Positions 12,269 to 25,447 are shown, numbered from the stretch's first letter. The stretch is 64,000 nt of DNA from Octopus vulgaris (GCA_951406725.2 OX597817.1:62001-126000), one strand, 5' to 3'. The notes: generated from the sequence alone by a model not told the origin. Numbers and translations: made by a program.

Positions 12269-15200
12269 TCAGAATTTGGGCACTATGGCCCACTCAAGTA
12301 GAGAGTTATTGTTTACAGAGACATATCCGGGTGTAGGGGGTTTATCCGGGATTTCTTGAAGGAATCTGTCCAAAGACTTCTTGAACCCTATAGGGTCAGT
12401 TTCTGTTTTAATGTGTTTTGGTGTAATGTTAAAGAGAGTGGGGCCAATTGAGGTGAAACAATTGTGCCGTATTGTTGTTATGAGATGAGAGTGCGATTTT
12501 TGTTTTGGGCGGATGGCACGGGGCCCAAGCCTTGGATGTACCTTAAAGGTGATGCCAACATCATTTGGGCAATGCTGATGGAATATTTTCCACATCATGC
12601 AGATGATGTAGCGCTCACGACGACGTTGGAGAGAATAAAGTTTTAGCTTTTCTAGTCGACCCCAATAGTCGAGGCCTGTCATGCCATCTATCTTTTTTGT
12701 GATTGCCCTTTGAGGTGCTTCAATTTTTATGATACCTTGTATTGTGTGGGGAGACCACAGTGGACAACAGTATTCAAGGTGGGGTCGGGCAAAAGTGGAG
12801 AAGAGAAGGATAATGGTGTGGATATCTCTCGACTGGAAAGTTCTGAGAATCCAGGAACACATTCTGCGGGCCATATCAACTTTGGTGTTTATATGAGTGG
12901 CCCAGCTTATGTTGTTGTCCACAATTACTCCCAAGTCTCTGATGTTGTTGGACGCCGCGAGAGTTTCACCTGAAGGAAGGGAGTATGGGAGTTTCAGGGC
13001 ATCCTCTTTTCCAAAGTGGATTAGCTCAAATTTATCCTCGTTCAGCAGCATATTGTTTTTTTCTGCCCATTGGATAACAGCCAGTAGATCTGACTGAAGG
13101 CATGTCCGGTCACTCGCCTCATTTATGACCTTCTGTAGCTTGGAATCATCTGCAAAGATTTTTATGTTGCTGTGCTTGATGATGTCATTAATGTCATTAA
13201 TGTAGATGATGAAAAGAAGTGGGCCCAGCACAGTGCCTTGCGGAACGCCACTACTGACTTTGGCTGGGCTTGATTTTACCCCTTCAACTACAACATGTTG
13301 AGATCTGTCTGTCAGGAAACACTTGATCCATTTCAGTAACTTTCCAGAGACACCAATGTTGGATAGTTTTTTCAATAGGATCTTGTGATCGACCCTGTCG
13401 AAGGCCTTACTGAAATCAAGGTAGATGACATCGGTGTTGGAGCCCTCTCCCAAAGCTCTCAAAATGTCATCAAAGTGATGCAGGAGCTGCGTTAGGCAGT
13501 CCCTTCCATTACGGAACCCATGTTGGTTAGAGATCAGCCGTCTGTTGCTTTCCAGAAATTGGGTTATTCGAGATCTCACCACCCTCTCAAATACCTTGAT
13601 GATATGAGAGGTGAGTGAGATCGGACGGTAGTTCACTGCAAGGGACTTGTTTCCCTTTTTGAAAACTGGGACAACAGACTGGGACAGAAGGTTTTTTGGA
13701 ATATAGCCAGCATCCAGTGAGTTTCTCCACAGATTAGCAAGGGGAGATGCAAGTTGGTGTCGACACACCTTCAGGACACAAGCAGGGAACCTATCGGGGC
13801 CTACTGCTGAATTGTGTTTTATTTCGTTTATTGCCGCTAAGACATCAGGGGCACTAAACGTTATGTCCGATATAGTGTGTTGGGGGTTGACATCACTGAT
13901 ACAGCCCAGATCGGCCATATCAGGATTGCTGAAAACAGAGCAGTATTGTTTCTGCAGTATCTCGGCCATGGATTTGGCATTATCTTGGAGAGTGCCAGTT
14001 TCGTCAATTAGAGGGCCAAAAGTGGAGACAGTGACCCTGCGTTTCTTCGCAAATGAAAAGAACACTTTGGGGTTGAGTTTGATTTTTTTCAATGGCCCAC
14101 TTCTCCTCAGCTGATCTTTGGTTATTGATGAGGGTCTTCATGCATTGTTGGAGGTTATATTTTTTGGATTCAAGCAGTGCGATAGCCGTCGAATGTGTGT
14201 GTTGCTGTTGGCAGTACTTTAGTTTGTTAATTTTTTTGTTTGTTCTTTTTATTTTTCTGATAATGGTTTTTCTGTTTTGGGGGATTCTGCACTTTTTGTT
14301 CACAGGTCTTGGTGGGGAGTGTTTTGCACATATGTCTGTGACGGTGTCTACAAAGATCTGCCAAGATGTTTTATGGTTGGTGGAGATGTGTGTATGGGTA
14401 AAGGACCAGTCAACATGTGATAGCTCGTTCCTGATTGCATCCCAGTTGGCATTATGGAGATCCATGTTGTCAAATGGGTGGGCTGGAGGGAGGTCACTAG
14501 GATTAGCTTTCGGCTGGTGGAATTTCATGTTACAGAGAACCATGTCATGGTCTGAAAGAAGGGTTTTTTCCACTGTAACGTTATGTATAGTGTTAGTGTG
14601 GTTACTAAACACTAGGTCCAAAATGTTCTGATGTCTTGTTGGTGCAAGGACAAGTTGGGACAAGAAAAACTCATTCGTAAAGTCGAAAAGTGACTCTGCT
14701 GCTCTTTGTCAGCGGTTGAGGCGGGAGTGCTTGGTTTCAAACAGTTTGTAGTCCAGTCAATACAGGGTAGATTGAAGTCTCCCATCATGAGTATGTTGCT
14801 AGAATGGCACTGTTGAATAAAGCACTTAATGCTGTTGAGGCATTCTTTAAAGCACAGTATGGGTGTTTGGGGCGGCCTATAGAGCCCAATTACTGTCAGG
14901 TCATTGGCTTTGTTGTGCACGGTGACTGATTCACAGTAGCTGTTGGAGAATATACTATTTCCATCTGCCGTTAATGAATCATGCAGGAAAATGGCAGGTC
15001 CACCCTTCCTCCTGCCGATACGATCCGCGCGGATGGTTGTGAAATTCTTCACTCTCACTTCGGCTTCCAAGTGGGAGTTGTCAAGGTGGGTCTCAGTGAG
15101 AATGAAGAAAGGGATGTGGTGTGAATGGTTACCAACCCAGTCTTCAATGAATTGGACCTTCCATTTTTGTGCATTGATGGAAGGGCTGACACCTTGTGCA

Positions 15201-15387
15201 TTGAGTAGAAATGTGGAGGTTAGTGTAGTGGCTGGTTTTGACTGTTGCAGGGGGCTTGGATTTTTTGTGTGTGTTAGTGGCAGCAATGTGGGGAATTGGT
15301 GCACTGGGGTAATAGCATATGATGGTGTTGAGTGATGGCTAGAATGTTTTTGTGTATCTCTTTTGCCATGTTCAACATGGCTAAAAA
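12269..15387 (-). pseudogene. LINE family A ORF2: AP endonuclease + reverse transcriptase, 2 frameshifts
   Basis: LNAQG, LTETHL, LYRPP, MGDFN, LDLVF and SDH (APE); NYRPISL, YLDFSKAFDRVDH, GVPQGTVLGPLLF and FADD (RT); LYSLQRRRER C-terminus. Confidence 0.93.
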
Positions 15388-16489
15388 GAATTTTCCTGCT
15401 TAGGGAGCAGTTTTTGGCTGGAGGTGTGGTTGCACTGTTGGATAGGGTTGTAGTTTCCACTTTTGTTGTTGTTGTTTTTGTGTCTTCCTGAAAAGACTGG
15501 ACCAGCATTACTGCAGCATGGTGTGTTTCTATTTTTATTTTTATTCAGGTTTGTGTGTTGGTTTGAAGCCCCGTTTCTGTTTGTGCGTCGGGTCCCTGGA
15601 AGATGAGTGAAGGGACAGTCACTCATCAGACATGTTCTCTCACGTTGGGAATACCGGCAGATTTTGGGACTCCGAGTTGTGTGTGTTTTGAATTTCGATT
15701 TACTATTTGGTGGTGTTGATGTTATTGTGGGATGCGTGCTTTGGCCTTGGCCGGTAGTGCGTCTAGTGCCAGGTAGATGCGTGAGGATGCAGTCACTATT
15801 TGTGCAGAGTCTCTGGCGCAGTGAATAGCGGCATATTTTGGGATTTCTTGTTTGTGCCGTGGGGGGCGCATTTTCTTCCTATGTTTCTTTAAGTTTTTGT
15901 TACTGCAGTAGTATTGAGGTGGTGATGTGGGGGAAGAGGGCAGTGGTTTCTTATTTGGTTTTTTGTTGGTATTTTTGGTGATAGAAGACGATGGTGGCAG
16001 CGGTGGTGATGATGATGATGATAATTGTGGTGGTTGCCGTGAGAGCGGTGAAAAGATACTGGCATTTAGTGAATCATCTAGTAAGCTAGAGTTGAGGAGT
16101 GGCTGTTGTTCTTGTTGCTGTTGTTGTTGTTGTGCTTGACCTATGTTAGGGTCAGCCATTGTGCTGGGAACCAGGAGTGTCTCATTCTGTTGTTGTTGTT
16201 GTTGTGGCTGCTGATTTTCTAGCTGTTGCTGTTCTTGAACTGTGAAAATATAAAGAAGCTTTTCAAAATGGCCTTTTGTCAGTTTGAAAGATACTTCGAT
16301 ATGTTTCAGTTTGCTACGAATCTGTTTGACGGATCGTGTGTTGACCACTTGTGATGTTTTTTCGGCAATCTCATTCAAACACAAAACATTTAGATTTTCT
16401 GTTTGGGAAAGAGAGAACCAAGTGTTTATTAAAACATCAATTTCGTTATCAGACCAATTTCGTCTGTTGCAGGCCTGCAAGTTAGTCAT
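15381..16489 (-). pseudogene. LINE family A ORF1 (Myb/trihelix-like N-terminus, polyQ, two CCCH fingers), frameshifted
   Basis: Split into ORFs 15722-16489 and 15381-15626, colinear with the intact ORF1 of copy 2. Confidence 0.85.
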
Positions 16490-16883
16490 GTTTGTTTTTC
16501 TTTTGTTCGTTTTCCTTTTGATTTTTGAAAATATATATATTCTTTCTTGGGAGTTAAAGAAGTGTATATATATATAAAATGTTCTCTCTTAAGGGTGTGA
16601 GTTTTTGATTATTTGGTTGTTTGAGGATATTAAAAGAAAATGTTCTCTCTTAAGGGTGTGAGTTTTTGATTATTTGGTTGTTTGAGGATATTAAAAGAAA
16701 AACAGGTGTATATAACAATTTGTAGTTAAATAAAAACGTACTTACGGGTTTGTAGGCAAACACGTGGTTACAAATATATATATATTTAAGGTCAGTTAAG
16801 TTTTGAAGCTGTGTAGCTTGCTACTGACTTGGGAGAGAAACAAATAGACGTCCGTCCAGTTCAACAGTTCAGTATATATTTCA

Positions 16884-17087
16884 TACACACATACATACAT
16901 ACATACACACATACATACATACATACATACACACATACATACATACATACATACATACATACATACATACATACATACATACATACATACACACATACAT
17001 ACATACATACATACACACATACATACATACATACATACATGCATGCATACATACATACATACATACATACATACATACATACATACA

Positions 17088-17117
<30 letters not shown>
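16884..17117. repeat. (TACA)n microsatellite
   Basis: Direct inspection. Confidence 0.95.
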
Positions 17118-17118
<1 letters not shown>

Positions 17119-17975
17119 GTTGTGTTGTGTAAATCTTCAGCTGTCTGGACATCGATATGCGTATAAAAAAAAGAAAAGAAAGCGGACATTCATGAAACAT
17201 TGATAAGGTGTTTGCAAATCCAGTCCCCAAGTTACACTTTCAGCTTTGTATTATTGGAGCAAGAGGATGTATACTGACCAGTCTGGAGTGAATTATGGCT
17301 GAACTGGAAATCTTAAAGAGAGAATGTAAATCTTTCTTTCAGACCCATTATCCGGAACTATGAAATTTGTAAGACATTTGTATGATTACAAACGATGATT
17401 AACAAAGCAAGAGGCTTTCCCTCACAAACTAGCTTCCAAACAGATGATCCGCCAAACATCTTTCTAAATTAAAAAGACAAAAGGAACATACATAAATCCA
17501 TAAATCTATGCGTACATAATGACATATATACATATACGCGATCACTTGTCAATGCGGTGTGTAAACAGAGAGAGAGAGAGAGAGAGAGAGTGATTGCGAT
17601 TGATTGGGAAAGAGAGAGACAATAAGCGATAGAGAGATACTGAGCGAATATGCGTTACTTGTAAGAGAAAGAGGCAGAAAGAGAGAATGGCGCCAACAGT
17701 AGTAGGGAGTCGTCACTTGTTAAATGCGTGTGAATCGTCGACTTCTGTTAGGGATAAATCGGGAAGTTCTTCAAAGTAAGCAGAGTAATTTACTCGTTAA
17801 TTATTTCATAATGAAGCCAATTACTTCATATTATCACTAATTATTCATTCCGATTCAGCTATTCCGGACAGAGTTCGATCCTAGGAAGTAATTCCCTTGT
17901 GCCATATGAGTCATTATATCGATATCGATTTGGATATATTTACATATCTGTATCTAAAAGATATATCGATTTATA

Positions 17976-18313
17976 GGCGCAGGCGTGGCTTTCCAACCAC
18001 ATGGTTCCGAGTTCAGTCCCACTGCGCGTCATGTTCGGCAAGTGTCTACTACTATAGCCTCGAGCCAAAGTCTTGTAAGTGGATTTGCTAGATGGAAACG
18101 GGGAGAAGACCATCGTATACATCTATATATCTATGTGTGTCTATCTTTCTGTCTGTGGTTGTTACTCTCACTGCTTGACAACCGATGTTGGCGTGTTTAT
18201 GCCCTTGTAACTTAGTGGTTCAGTAAAAGGAACCAACAGAATAAGTTCTATTTCTTCGATTATAATCATTTATGGCGGTACTCCAGCATGGCCAAAGTCA
18301 ATTGCACGAAGCT
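17976..18313 (+). mobile_element. Diverged OK-like SINE
   Basis: ggcgcaggcgtggc...gagttcagtccc...ggcggtactccagcatggcc. Confidence 0.7.
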
Positions 18314-18324
18314 AAACACACACA

Positions 18325-18373
<49 letters not shown>

Positions 18374-19465
18374 CCACACACATATTTAAATATGTGTATG
18401 TGTGAAGGTGGGTGGCTGAGTGGTTAGGGCATTCGACTCACGATCGTATGGTTGTCAGTTCGATTCCAGGCAACGCGTTGCGTCCTTTAATTCACGTTTG
18501 AATTAAATGCTTTGCGGTATTTCGTCTGTCTTTACGTTCTGAGTTCAAATTCCACCGAGGTCGACTTTGCTTTTCATCCTTTCGGGGTCGATAAATTAAT
18601 TACCAGTTGCGTACTGGAGTCGATCTAATCGACTTCCCCTCCTCCAAAATTTCCGGCTTTGTTCCTAGAGAAGAAAAGAATATTTTTATATGGTTGTGTA
18701 TTGTGGAACTTGTAGTCAATAAAGCTATACATAATAGGGGCTAAATATTAGGTTAAAAACCCTCTCAATAGACAAAGCTGAACTCTGCCCGTATGACTCG
18801 ACCCAACATCTCCTGTAAATTACACAAGCGTTCTACCCCTGGACCAATGCAACCCAGCCAATTTCTGTATCCCCAATTTCTGTATCCAAAGTGGATATTA
18901 ACCAAGTATTAAAGCGCTCTTATTTACAGCATCATTTATTTTGGGACTAATTGTTCCATGAATGAATTATTTCACCTTCTCTCTGATTTTATAAGACATT
19001 ATTTTATGGTTTCATGCCGGGTTGACTGAATCACATGGATTCCTGCTCGTTTCCACTAAATGGCCCCTTGGGTGAGTGTCTTCTACTGTTGACCAAAGCC
19101 TTGTGAGCGGGTTTGGTTGACGGAAACTGAAAGGAACAAACCGAAACACAGAGATACACACACATACACACACACACGCACACACACACACATGCATACA
19201 TGTATGTGTGTCCACATACGCATGTGTGCGTGTCATATGTATGTATGTGTGTGTGTAGATTAGCTCTCCTTCATCCCTTAACAGCAGACATTGTATGATT
19301 CAAGAACCCCGTTTGTTAGGGATTTGGCCAAAAGAGATCAACGGAGTAAGTCATAGGCTTAAACATAAGTAGTGGGGTTGTTTTCGTGGGGAGCCAAATT
19401 CCCTCAAGGCGGTACCTAATAATAGCTGCAGTCTAATGATTGAAACAAGTGAAAGATAAAAGATA

Positions 19466-20247
19466 TACGAGTGTAGGCAGAAAAGTTCATAGGCTGACTA
19501 TGAAGGAGTGTTGCAAGAGCTGGGTAAAATTGTCTCTCTTCATTTCAACGATTTTTATTAATGACTGAATTGTTTCCTAAACCAGGATGAGTTTTGGGTT
19601 CACCTCTTTGAAGCAGAAACAAAGACACAATCCATGCAGTGGAGACACCCCTACTCACCTGCTTCAAAAAAGCTAACGTTGTTTCTTCTCCAAGGAAGTT
19701 GATGGCTTTCGTTTTCGGGATGGAAAAGGCATTGTGTTAATAGACTATCTTCTAAAGGGCCACACCATCAACGGAGAGTACTGTGCTAACATGCTGAGGC
19801 GGTTACGAAAAGATATCAAGACCAAACGGCCAGGCAACCTGCCAAAAGGGGTCATATTTCGCCAGGACAATGCCCCAGTACACAAGTCAGTCCTTGGTTC
19901 CAATGGCTACTGTATATGACTGTGGCTTTGAAGTGGTTGACCAGCTTCCCTGTTCCTCTGATTTTGCCCCTGGCTGTCATTTGTTTCCAAACATGAAAAA
20001 CTAAACCCCAAAAAAGCAACATCTGGCTGGGAAGCATTATCGCAGTGATGACGACGACATGTCTGCTGTTGATGACATTTTGGAGCAGCAGGAAGAAAGC
20101 TTGTTCATCAATGGGTCCCAAACACCACAACACTGATGGAAGATGCGTGTGGACCGTGAGGGGGAGAAGGTTGAAAAATAAAACTCATTTGGTCACATTC
20201 CATTAGATTTACTGATAAGCTAATGAACCTTTCAGCTGACTCTTGTG
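19466..20247 (+). mobile_element. Internally deleted mariner DNA transposon relic
   Basis: TIR tacgagtgtaggcagaaaagttcatagg vs reverse complement of ctaatgaacctttcagctgactcttgtg. Transposase remnants ETKTQSMQWRH and IDYLLKGHTINGEY..MLRRLR..IK.KRPG..QDNAPVH. Confidence 0.85.
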
Positions 20248-20249
20248 TG

Positions 20250-20570
20250 TGAGCATTGGAATCACAATCATGAGGTTGTGAGTTCGAATCCTGGTCCGAG
20301 CTGTGTGTTGTGTTCTTGGGCAAAACACTTTATCTCACGTTACTCCAGTTCACTAATCGATAGAAATGAGCTGTGACCCCTCACTGCTTCCAAGCTGTAT
20401 CGGCCCTCTTTGCCTTTCCCTTGGATAACATCGGTGGCGTGGAGGGGAGGGACCAGTATGCATGGGCGGCTTCTGATCTTCCATAAACAGCCTTGCTCGG
20501 ATTTATGCCTCCGAGCGGAACTTTCTAGGTGCAATCTCATGCTCATTCATGACCGAAGGGGGTCTTTAGC
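20250..20570 (+). mobile_element. tRNA-derived SINE (third family)
   Basis: cacaatcatgaggttgtgagttcgaatcctgg B-box-like head and ttcttgggcaaaacactttatctcacg core. A related minus-strand copy lies at about 21230-21480. Confidence 0.55.
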
Positions 20571-20609
20571 CTTTATACATACATACATACACACACACAC
20601 ACTCACACA

Positions 20610-20655
<46 letters not shown>

Positions 20656-20662
20656 GATATAG

Positions 20663-20711
<49 letters not shown>

Positions 20712-20887
20712 ATATATATATATATCTCGAGGTTATGAGAGGTAATGGTGTCAAGAGGACCCAAAGGTGTCAGGTAATGCTGAGTAAATGGAATGGACAG
20801 ACTATAGTTAAGCTCCAGGTTCGATGATTATAGGAATGAGGTTCCAACGTAGGTCATATATCAGCATGTGTATATATAAAAAAGATC

Positions 20888-21161
20888 ACAGAATGAGATT
20901 TTAAAAAAATCCAAGGCTATGAAAGATTTCAGAACATTTATAAAGAGGTCTTTCAGCTGTTTCCGGGATATTTATATATCTCTTCATCAGAGACGGTGCG
21001 AGAAAATGGTTAAGCAATAGTTATTATAGAGAATATTGCTTAACCATTTTCTCGCACCGTCTCTGATGAAGAGATATATAAATATCCCAGAAAAAGCTGA
21101 AAGACCTCTTTATAAATGTTCTGAAATCTTTCATAGCCTTGGATTCTTTATCTCATTCTGT
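20888..21161. repeat. About 130-bp-arm inverted repeat (PLE inverted pLTR) with a hammerhead-like motif in each arm
   Basis: Arms 20888-21019 and 21034-21161. gtct-CTGATGA-A-GAGATAT..ATATCCC-R-GAAA-MAGCTG-AA-agac at 21059-21105 (+) and 20948-20994 (-). Confidence 0.8.
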
Positions 21162-21875
21162 TAATTAACACACACACACACACACACATATACATTTTCC
21201 CGAGTATCTATCTATCTATCTATATATGATTGACTCTCCCTTCGAAGGCAACGTATGATTTGTCTATAGTGATCAAATGTTCGTGCCGCACATTAGCTCC
21301 ATCAAATCGACGTTGTCTGAACAGGTGCACAGTGTGCCACCCGTCACGTGTCGAAGTGATCGCAGAGCAGCGTGAGATGAAGTGTTTTGCTCAAGAACAC
21401 AACACACCACCCGGTCTGGGAATTGAAACCACGATCTCGCGATTGTTAGTCCAGCACCCTATCCACTAGGCCACACGCTCCTCATAAATATATGTGTGTG
21501 TGTATAAGTGAAGTTAAGCATTTAAACAATTGGCATGTGTCGTATCTGTGGACCCCGGCCTGATATTGGCTGACACTAACAAATATATGCGAACTGAGAT
21601 GAGTGGGCTCTGATGCCTTTCCAGATATATGATAGATCCGTGTTTAGTAGGAGTTATTTCTCAAGCACAGTCTGGAATCGAACCCGCGTCTGCTGAAGCA
21701 CACTGGAAATGTATAATTACAGCAAATAAGAAGATAAGAGATAATTACTGCTTTGATGTTTAACAGTATTGTACATTTGATTAAATTAAAAATTCAGGAT
21801 TTATTTAACAAACACTAAATATCACTTGTCTGTTGGCCTTTGTCTGTCTGTGAACAAAGCGGTAAAGAGAGAGGC

Positions 21876-21876
<1 letters not shown>

Positions 21877-21949
<73 letters not shown>

Positions 21950-22275
21950 AGAGATAGAGAGAGAGAAAAAAAGATAGAAAGAGAGAGATAGAGAGAGAAA
22001 AGAGATACAGAGAGAGAAAGAGAGAGAGAGAAAGAGATAGAGACAGAGAGAGAGAAAGTCATAGAGAGAGAGAAAAAGATAGAAAGAGAGAGAGAGAGAG
22101 AAAGAGATAGAGACAGAGAGAGAAAAAGTCATAGAGAGAGATAGAAAGAGAGTGAGAGAGACAGAGAGAGAAAAAGAGATAGAGGGAGAGAAAGAGATAG
22201 ACAGAGAAAGAGATAGAGAGAGAGTGAAATAGATAGGGAGAGAGACAGAGAGAGAGAGAGAAAGAGATAGATATA
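21877..22275. repeat. (TA)n/(GA)n low-complexity tract
   Basis: Direct inspection. Confidence 0.95.
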
Positions 22276-22919
22276 AACTCACAGGGAGTGTGATGACGCA
22301 TCCTCTTCATACCAGCATGAGAAAATATTATATGACGATGATGACGACGACGATGATGATGATGATGATGTTGATGATGATGAAACGTGCATAAACACAC
22401 GTCGCAGCTTTGATGTTCCTCCTGTCCAAATCTCTATATTTACAGATTGATAAACTCCGTGTGAAGGCATGTAATGTAGTTATACCCAGACATCTCAGAA
22501 GTAAAGACTAACCCCTCACTGTACCGTTTCATTCGTGACGGACCCTACTCAAAAGTTCCTCCCTTCAATCTGTTTTGGGTTCCCCTACAAAATCTTCTGC
22601 TTCTAGATTAACAGAACTCGAAGCTTCATTCCAAGATTTCTTATAAATACTTGTTACGTTATTTGAAAGAAGCCTTTCTTTTGTGCTCACGCCTCCGCTT
22701 TATACATTCCTTGTTTTATCAGAGGAAACAACGTGCAGCGTTTCTCATCTGTGTAGGTGCAGGCGTGGCTCTGTCGTCAGAAGCTTGCTTCCCAACCACA
22801 TGGTTCCGGGTTCAGTCCCCACTGCGTGGTACCTTGGGCAAGCGTCTTTTACTATAGCCTTGGGCCGACCAAAGACTTGTGAGTGGATTCGGTAGACGGA
22901 AACTGAAAGAAGCCCGTCG

Positions 22920-22985
<66 letters not shown>

Positions 22986-22988
<3 letters not shown>

Positions 22989-23390
22989 ACGCATATTGAG
23001 AGACAGTTTTGTGCCATTTATCCCATGGGCTCCTCGTGAGCGTTTGTCGAAAAGCTTGCTGTGCATTTTGTTGGAGAATTAAGTTCCTGGATTTTCCTGA
23101 AGAGAAGGCTGCAAAATGGACTCCTTATTCAATCCGAATTAGGGACTTTGCAGCCTTCGAAACATATGTAGAAAATAATAAAAAGGAATTTTGTTAAATC
23201 TTCGTTCAGCTCCATTTCTTCCTACACTTAATATATAAAACTTCAAAAATCCGCACTAAGGCACGGATTTTATGCCCCATGGTCGTAACTTCAACCGTGC
23301 TTTTTCTGTTGTGATTTTTGCTACCCAGGTATCGATTATCATTTGAATTATCCGTAATAAGATAATTCATTTATCTACTTCAATAATTAT
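22986..23390 (+). mobile_element. Solo PLE pseudo-LTR, diverged relative of 1545-1943
   Basis: Colinear similarity (cccatgggctcct, aatcttcgttca.ctccattt, aaccgtgct..tt...gtgatttttgctacccagg); flanked by (TA)n. Confidence 0.8.
23091..23176 (+). ncRNA. Type I hammerhead ribozyme
   Basis: attttc-CTGAAGA-GAAGGCTGCAAA...TTTGCAGCCTTC-GAAA-CATATG-TA-gaaaat: 6-bp stem I, 12-bp stem II and palindromic stem III. Confidence 0.82.
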
Positions 23391-23699
23391 ATATATATAT
23401 ATATATACGTATGTGTGTGTCTGTTTGTCCCCTCGCCATCGCTTAAAAACCGAAGTTAGTGCGTTTTAGTCACCGTAACTAACTTAGCAGTTCGGTAAAA
23501 CAAACGATAGAGTAAGCGCTAGGCTTACAAAGAATAAGTGCTGGGGTCGATTTCTTCGACTAACACACTTTAAGGTGGTGTTCCAGCATGGCCGCAGTCA
23601 AATGACTGGAACAAGTAAAAGAGTAAACGAATAAAATAATATATGAAATGTTCAGCTTTCTTTAGTTGCTGTTTTGCACTTAACAAAGACGGATCAATA

Positions 23700-24780
23700 T
23701 AATCGGTCTGATCAGGAATAAACATCAATTCGATTTCTCGACCAAGGACCTTCCAATTTCAAGGCGAATTATTACGTGAAATGTACGTTGGCAAAACACG
23801 GGATGCTTTATAAGACGATTGAGCTGGCCTGTTCATTGTTTTGAAAGCGGAGTGCCTGGGTGATAGGAAGATGAAGAAATGTGGCTTCAGAATATGATAC
23901 CAACTGAATAACAAATGGATGTTGGGAAAGTGAAAGAATGTGTTTTAAATATCTTTAAAAAGATTCATGTTTCATCAGATGCCAAATAGCTTCCAATGTA
24001 AGATGAACGAACAATTCATATATTGACACAAATCATATCAGTTACATGTTTCCGACGATAAAATAAAGAATTTACATAGTCAAGGGGTTTGTATATATAA
24101 AAGGGTTTCCTTTATTTATAAGAAATCTAGAAATGGAGCTTATATATCTATTAATCTAGAAACCAAAGTGTTTGCTACAAAACTACAAATAGATGATAGG
24201 ATAGACTATCTGGCACTCACGATCCTCTTTTCCAACGGTGAAGGACCATAAAGTAAACTTAGAGAATAGACCTTAGTGTAGATTGCTTAACCCAGCAAAG
24301 ACTGAGTTAGCTGTGGTGTGGAAAGAAATATTAGAAAGGACCATTTTCTGAGAAAAGGTAGGTTCCTTATTAAGGCTAGAAGAAAAACCGCCCTCCGCAC
24401 AAACCATAGAAGGGATTGATCATGTCAGAAGTTAGGCATGGAGGAGCGATTAATTTATGACATCCCACTTGAAAGCTATCTCCATGCAATTCAAAATCAA
24501 GACATCTCCGCCAAGTACCTACAGCATAGAAGGCAAAACACACTGACACACAACACATGTAGGCCGTACAAAAGCAAGACTGAACAGATCAACCACATTA
24601 TTGTCATTTGCGATACATCTTTTCTTATTTCGCTTAGGAATAGCAATACTACTAACCCGATCTTACAACGTAATATACATATGCTTCAGAGAAAAGCGCC
24701 ATTGAAGTGGAGGGAGTAACCAGTGTTGATATAAGTTACAATGGGAAAAAGCAATTATCTGATGAAATCCATAAATCCAT
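23700..24780 (+). mobile_element. Degenerate R4/Dong-like (RLE-type) LINE fragment
   Basis: ESYLHAIQNQDISAKYLQ...TCRPYKSKTEQINHIIVIC resembles the AIQDQ...CRxC..E.I.HI..C zinc-knuckle region; many stop codons. Confidence 0.55.
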
Positions 24781-24973
24781 TTGATTTCAGCCACTCCTGC
24801 GCCTCACACATTTTTTCTCCCTTTGTTTCATTCCTTGTTTTTATTTCTGTGTCCCTTCCTGTAGAAGAGCTCGAAACGTAAAACACTTTTTTTTATTCCT
24901 AAGCGTTATACTAATACATCTGTTTGTTTTCAACACCACATGTCTTCGTCTTTTGTTTTTTTTCGTAAACTCT

Positions 24974-25062
<89 letters not shown>

Positions 25063-25068
25063 CATTTA

Positions 25069-25447
25069 GGCGCAGGAGTGGTTGAGTGGTAAATAGCTTG
25101 CAAACCAACTACATGGTTCTGGGTTCAGTCCCACTGCGTGGCATCTTGGGCAAGTGTCTTCTGCTATAGCCCCGGGACGACCGATGCCTTGTGAGTGGAT
25201 TTGGTAAACGGAAACCGAAAGAAGCCAGTCGTATATATGTATATGCTTGTGTGTCTGTGTTTGTCCCCCTAGCATTGCTTGACAACCGATGCTGGTGTGT
25301 TTACGTCCCCGTCACTTAGCAGTTCGGCAAAAGAGACCGATAGAATAAGTACTGGGCTTACAAAGAATAAGTCCCGGGGTCGATTTGCTCGACTAAAGGC
25401 GGTGCTCCAGCATGGCGCAGTCAAATGACTGAAACATGTAAAAGAGT
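25069..25447 (+). mobile_element. OK-like SINE
   Basis: Full head-core-tail; a diverged partial copy follows at about 25470-25730. Confidence 0.85.

Larger units (their letters stand above)
12168..16867 (-). mobile_element. Full-length CR1/L2-group LINE, family A copy 1
   Basis: ORF1 + APE-RT ORF2, 3' tail (TATCAAAG)n, and a 5' end at the same nucleotide as copy 2 (ctgttgaactggacggacgtc). Flanked by (TACA)n on both sides. Confidence 0.95.
22756..23640 (+). mobile_element. OK-like SINE split by a PLE pLTR insertion in its central (TA)n
   Basis: SINE 5' half 22756-22920, 3' half about 23410-23640. Confidence 0.75.
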
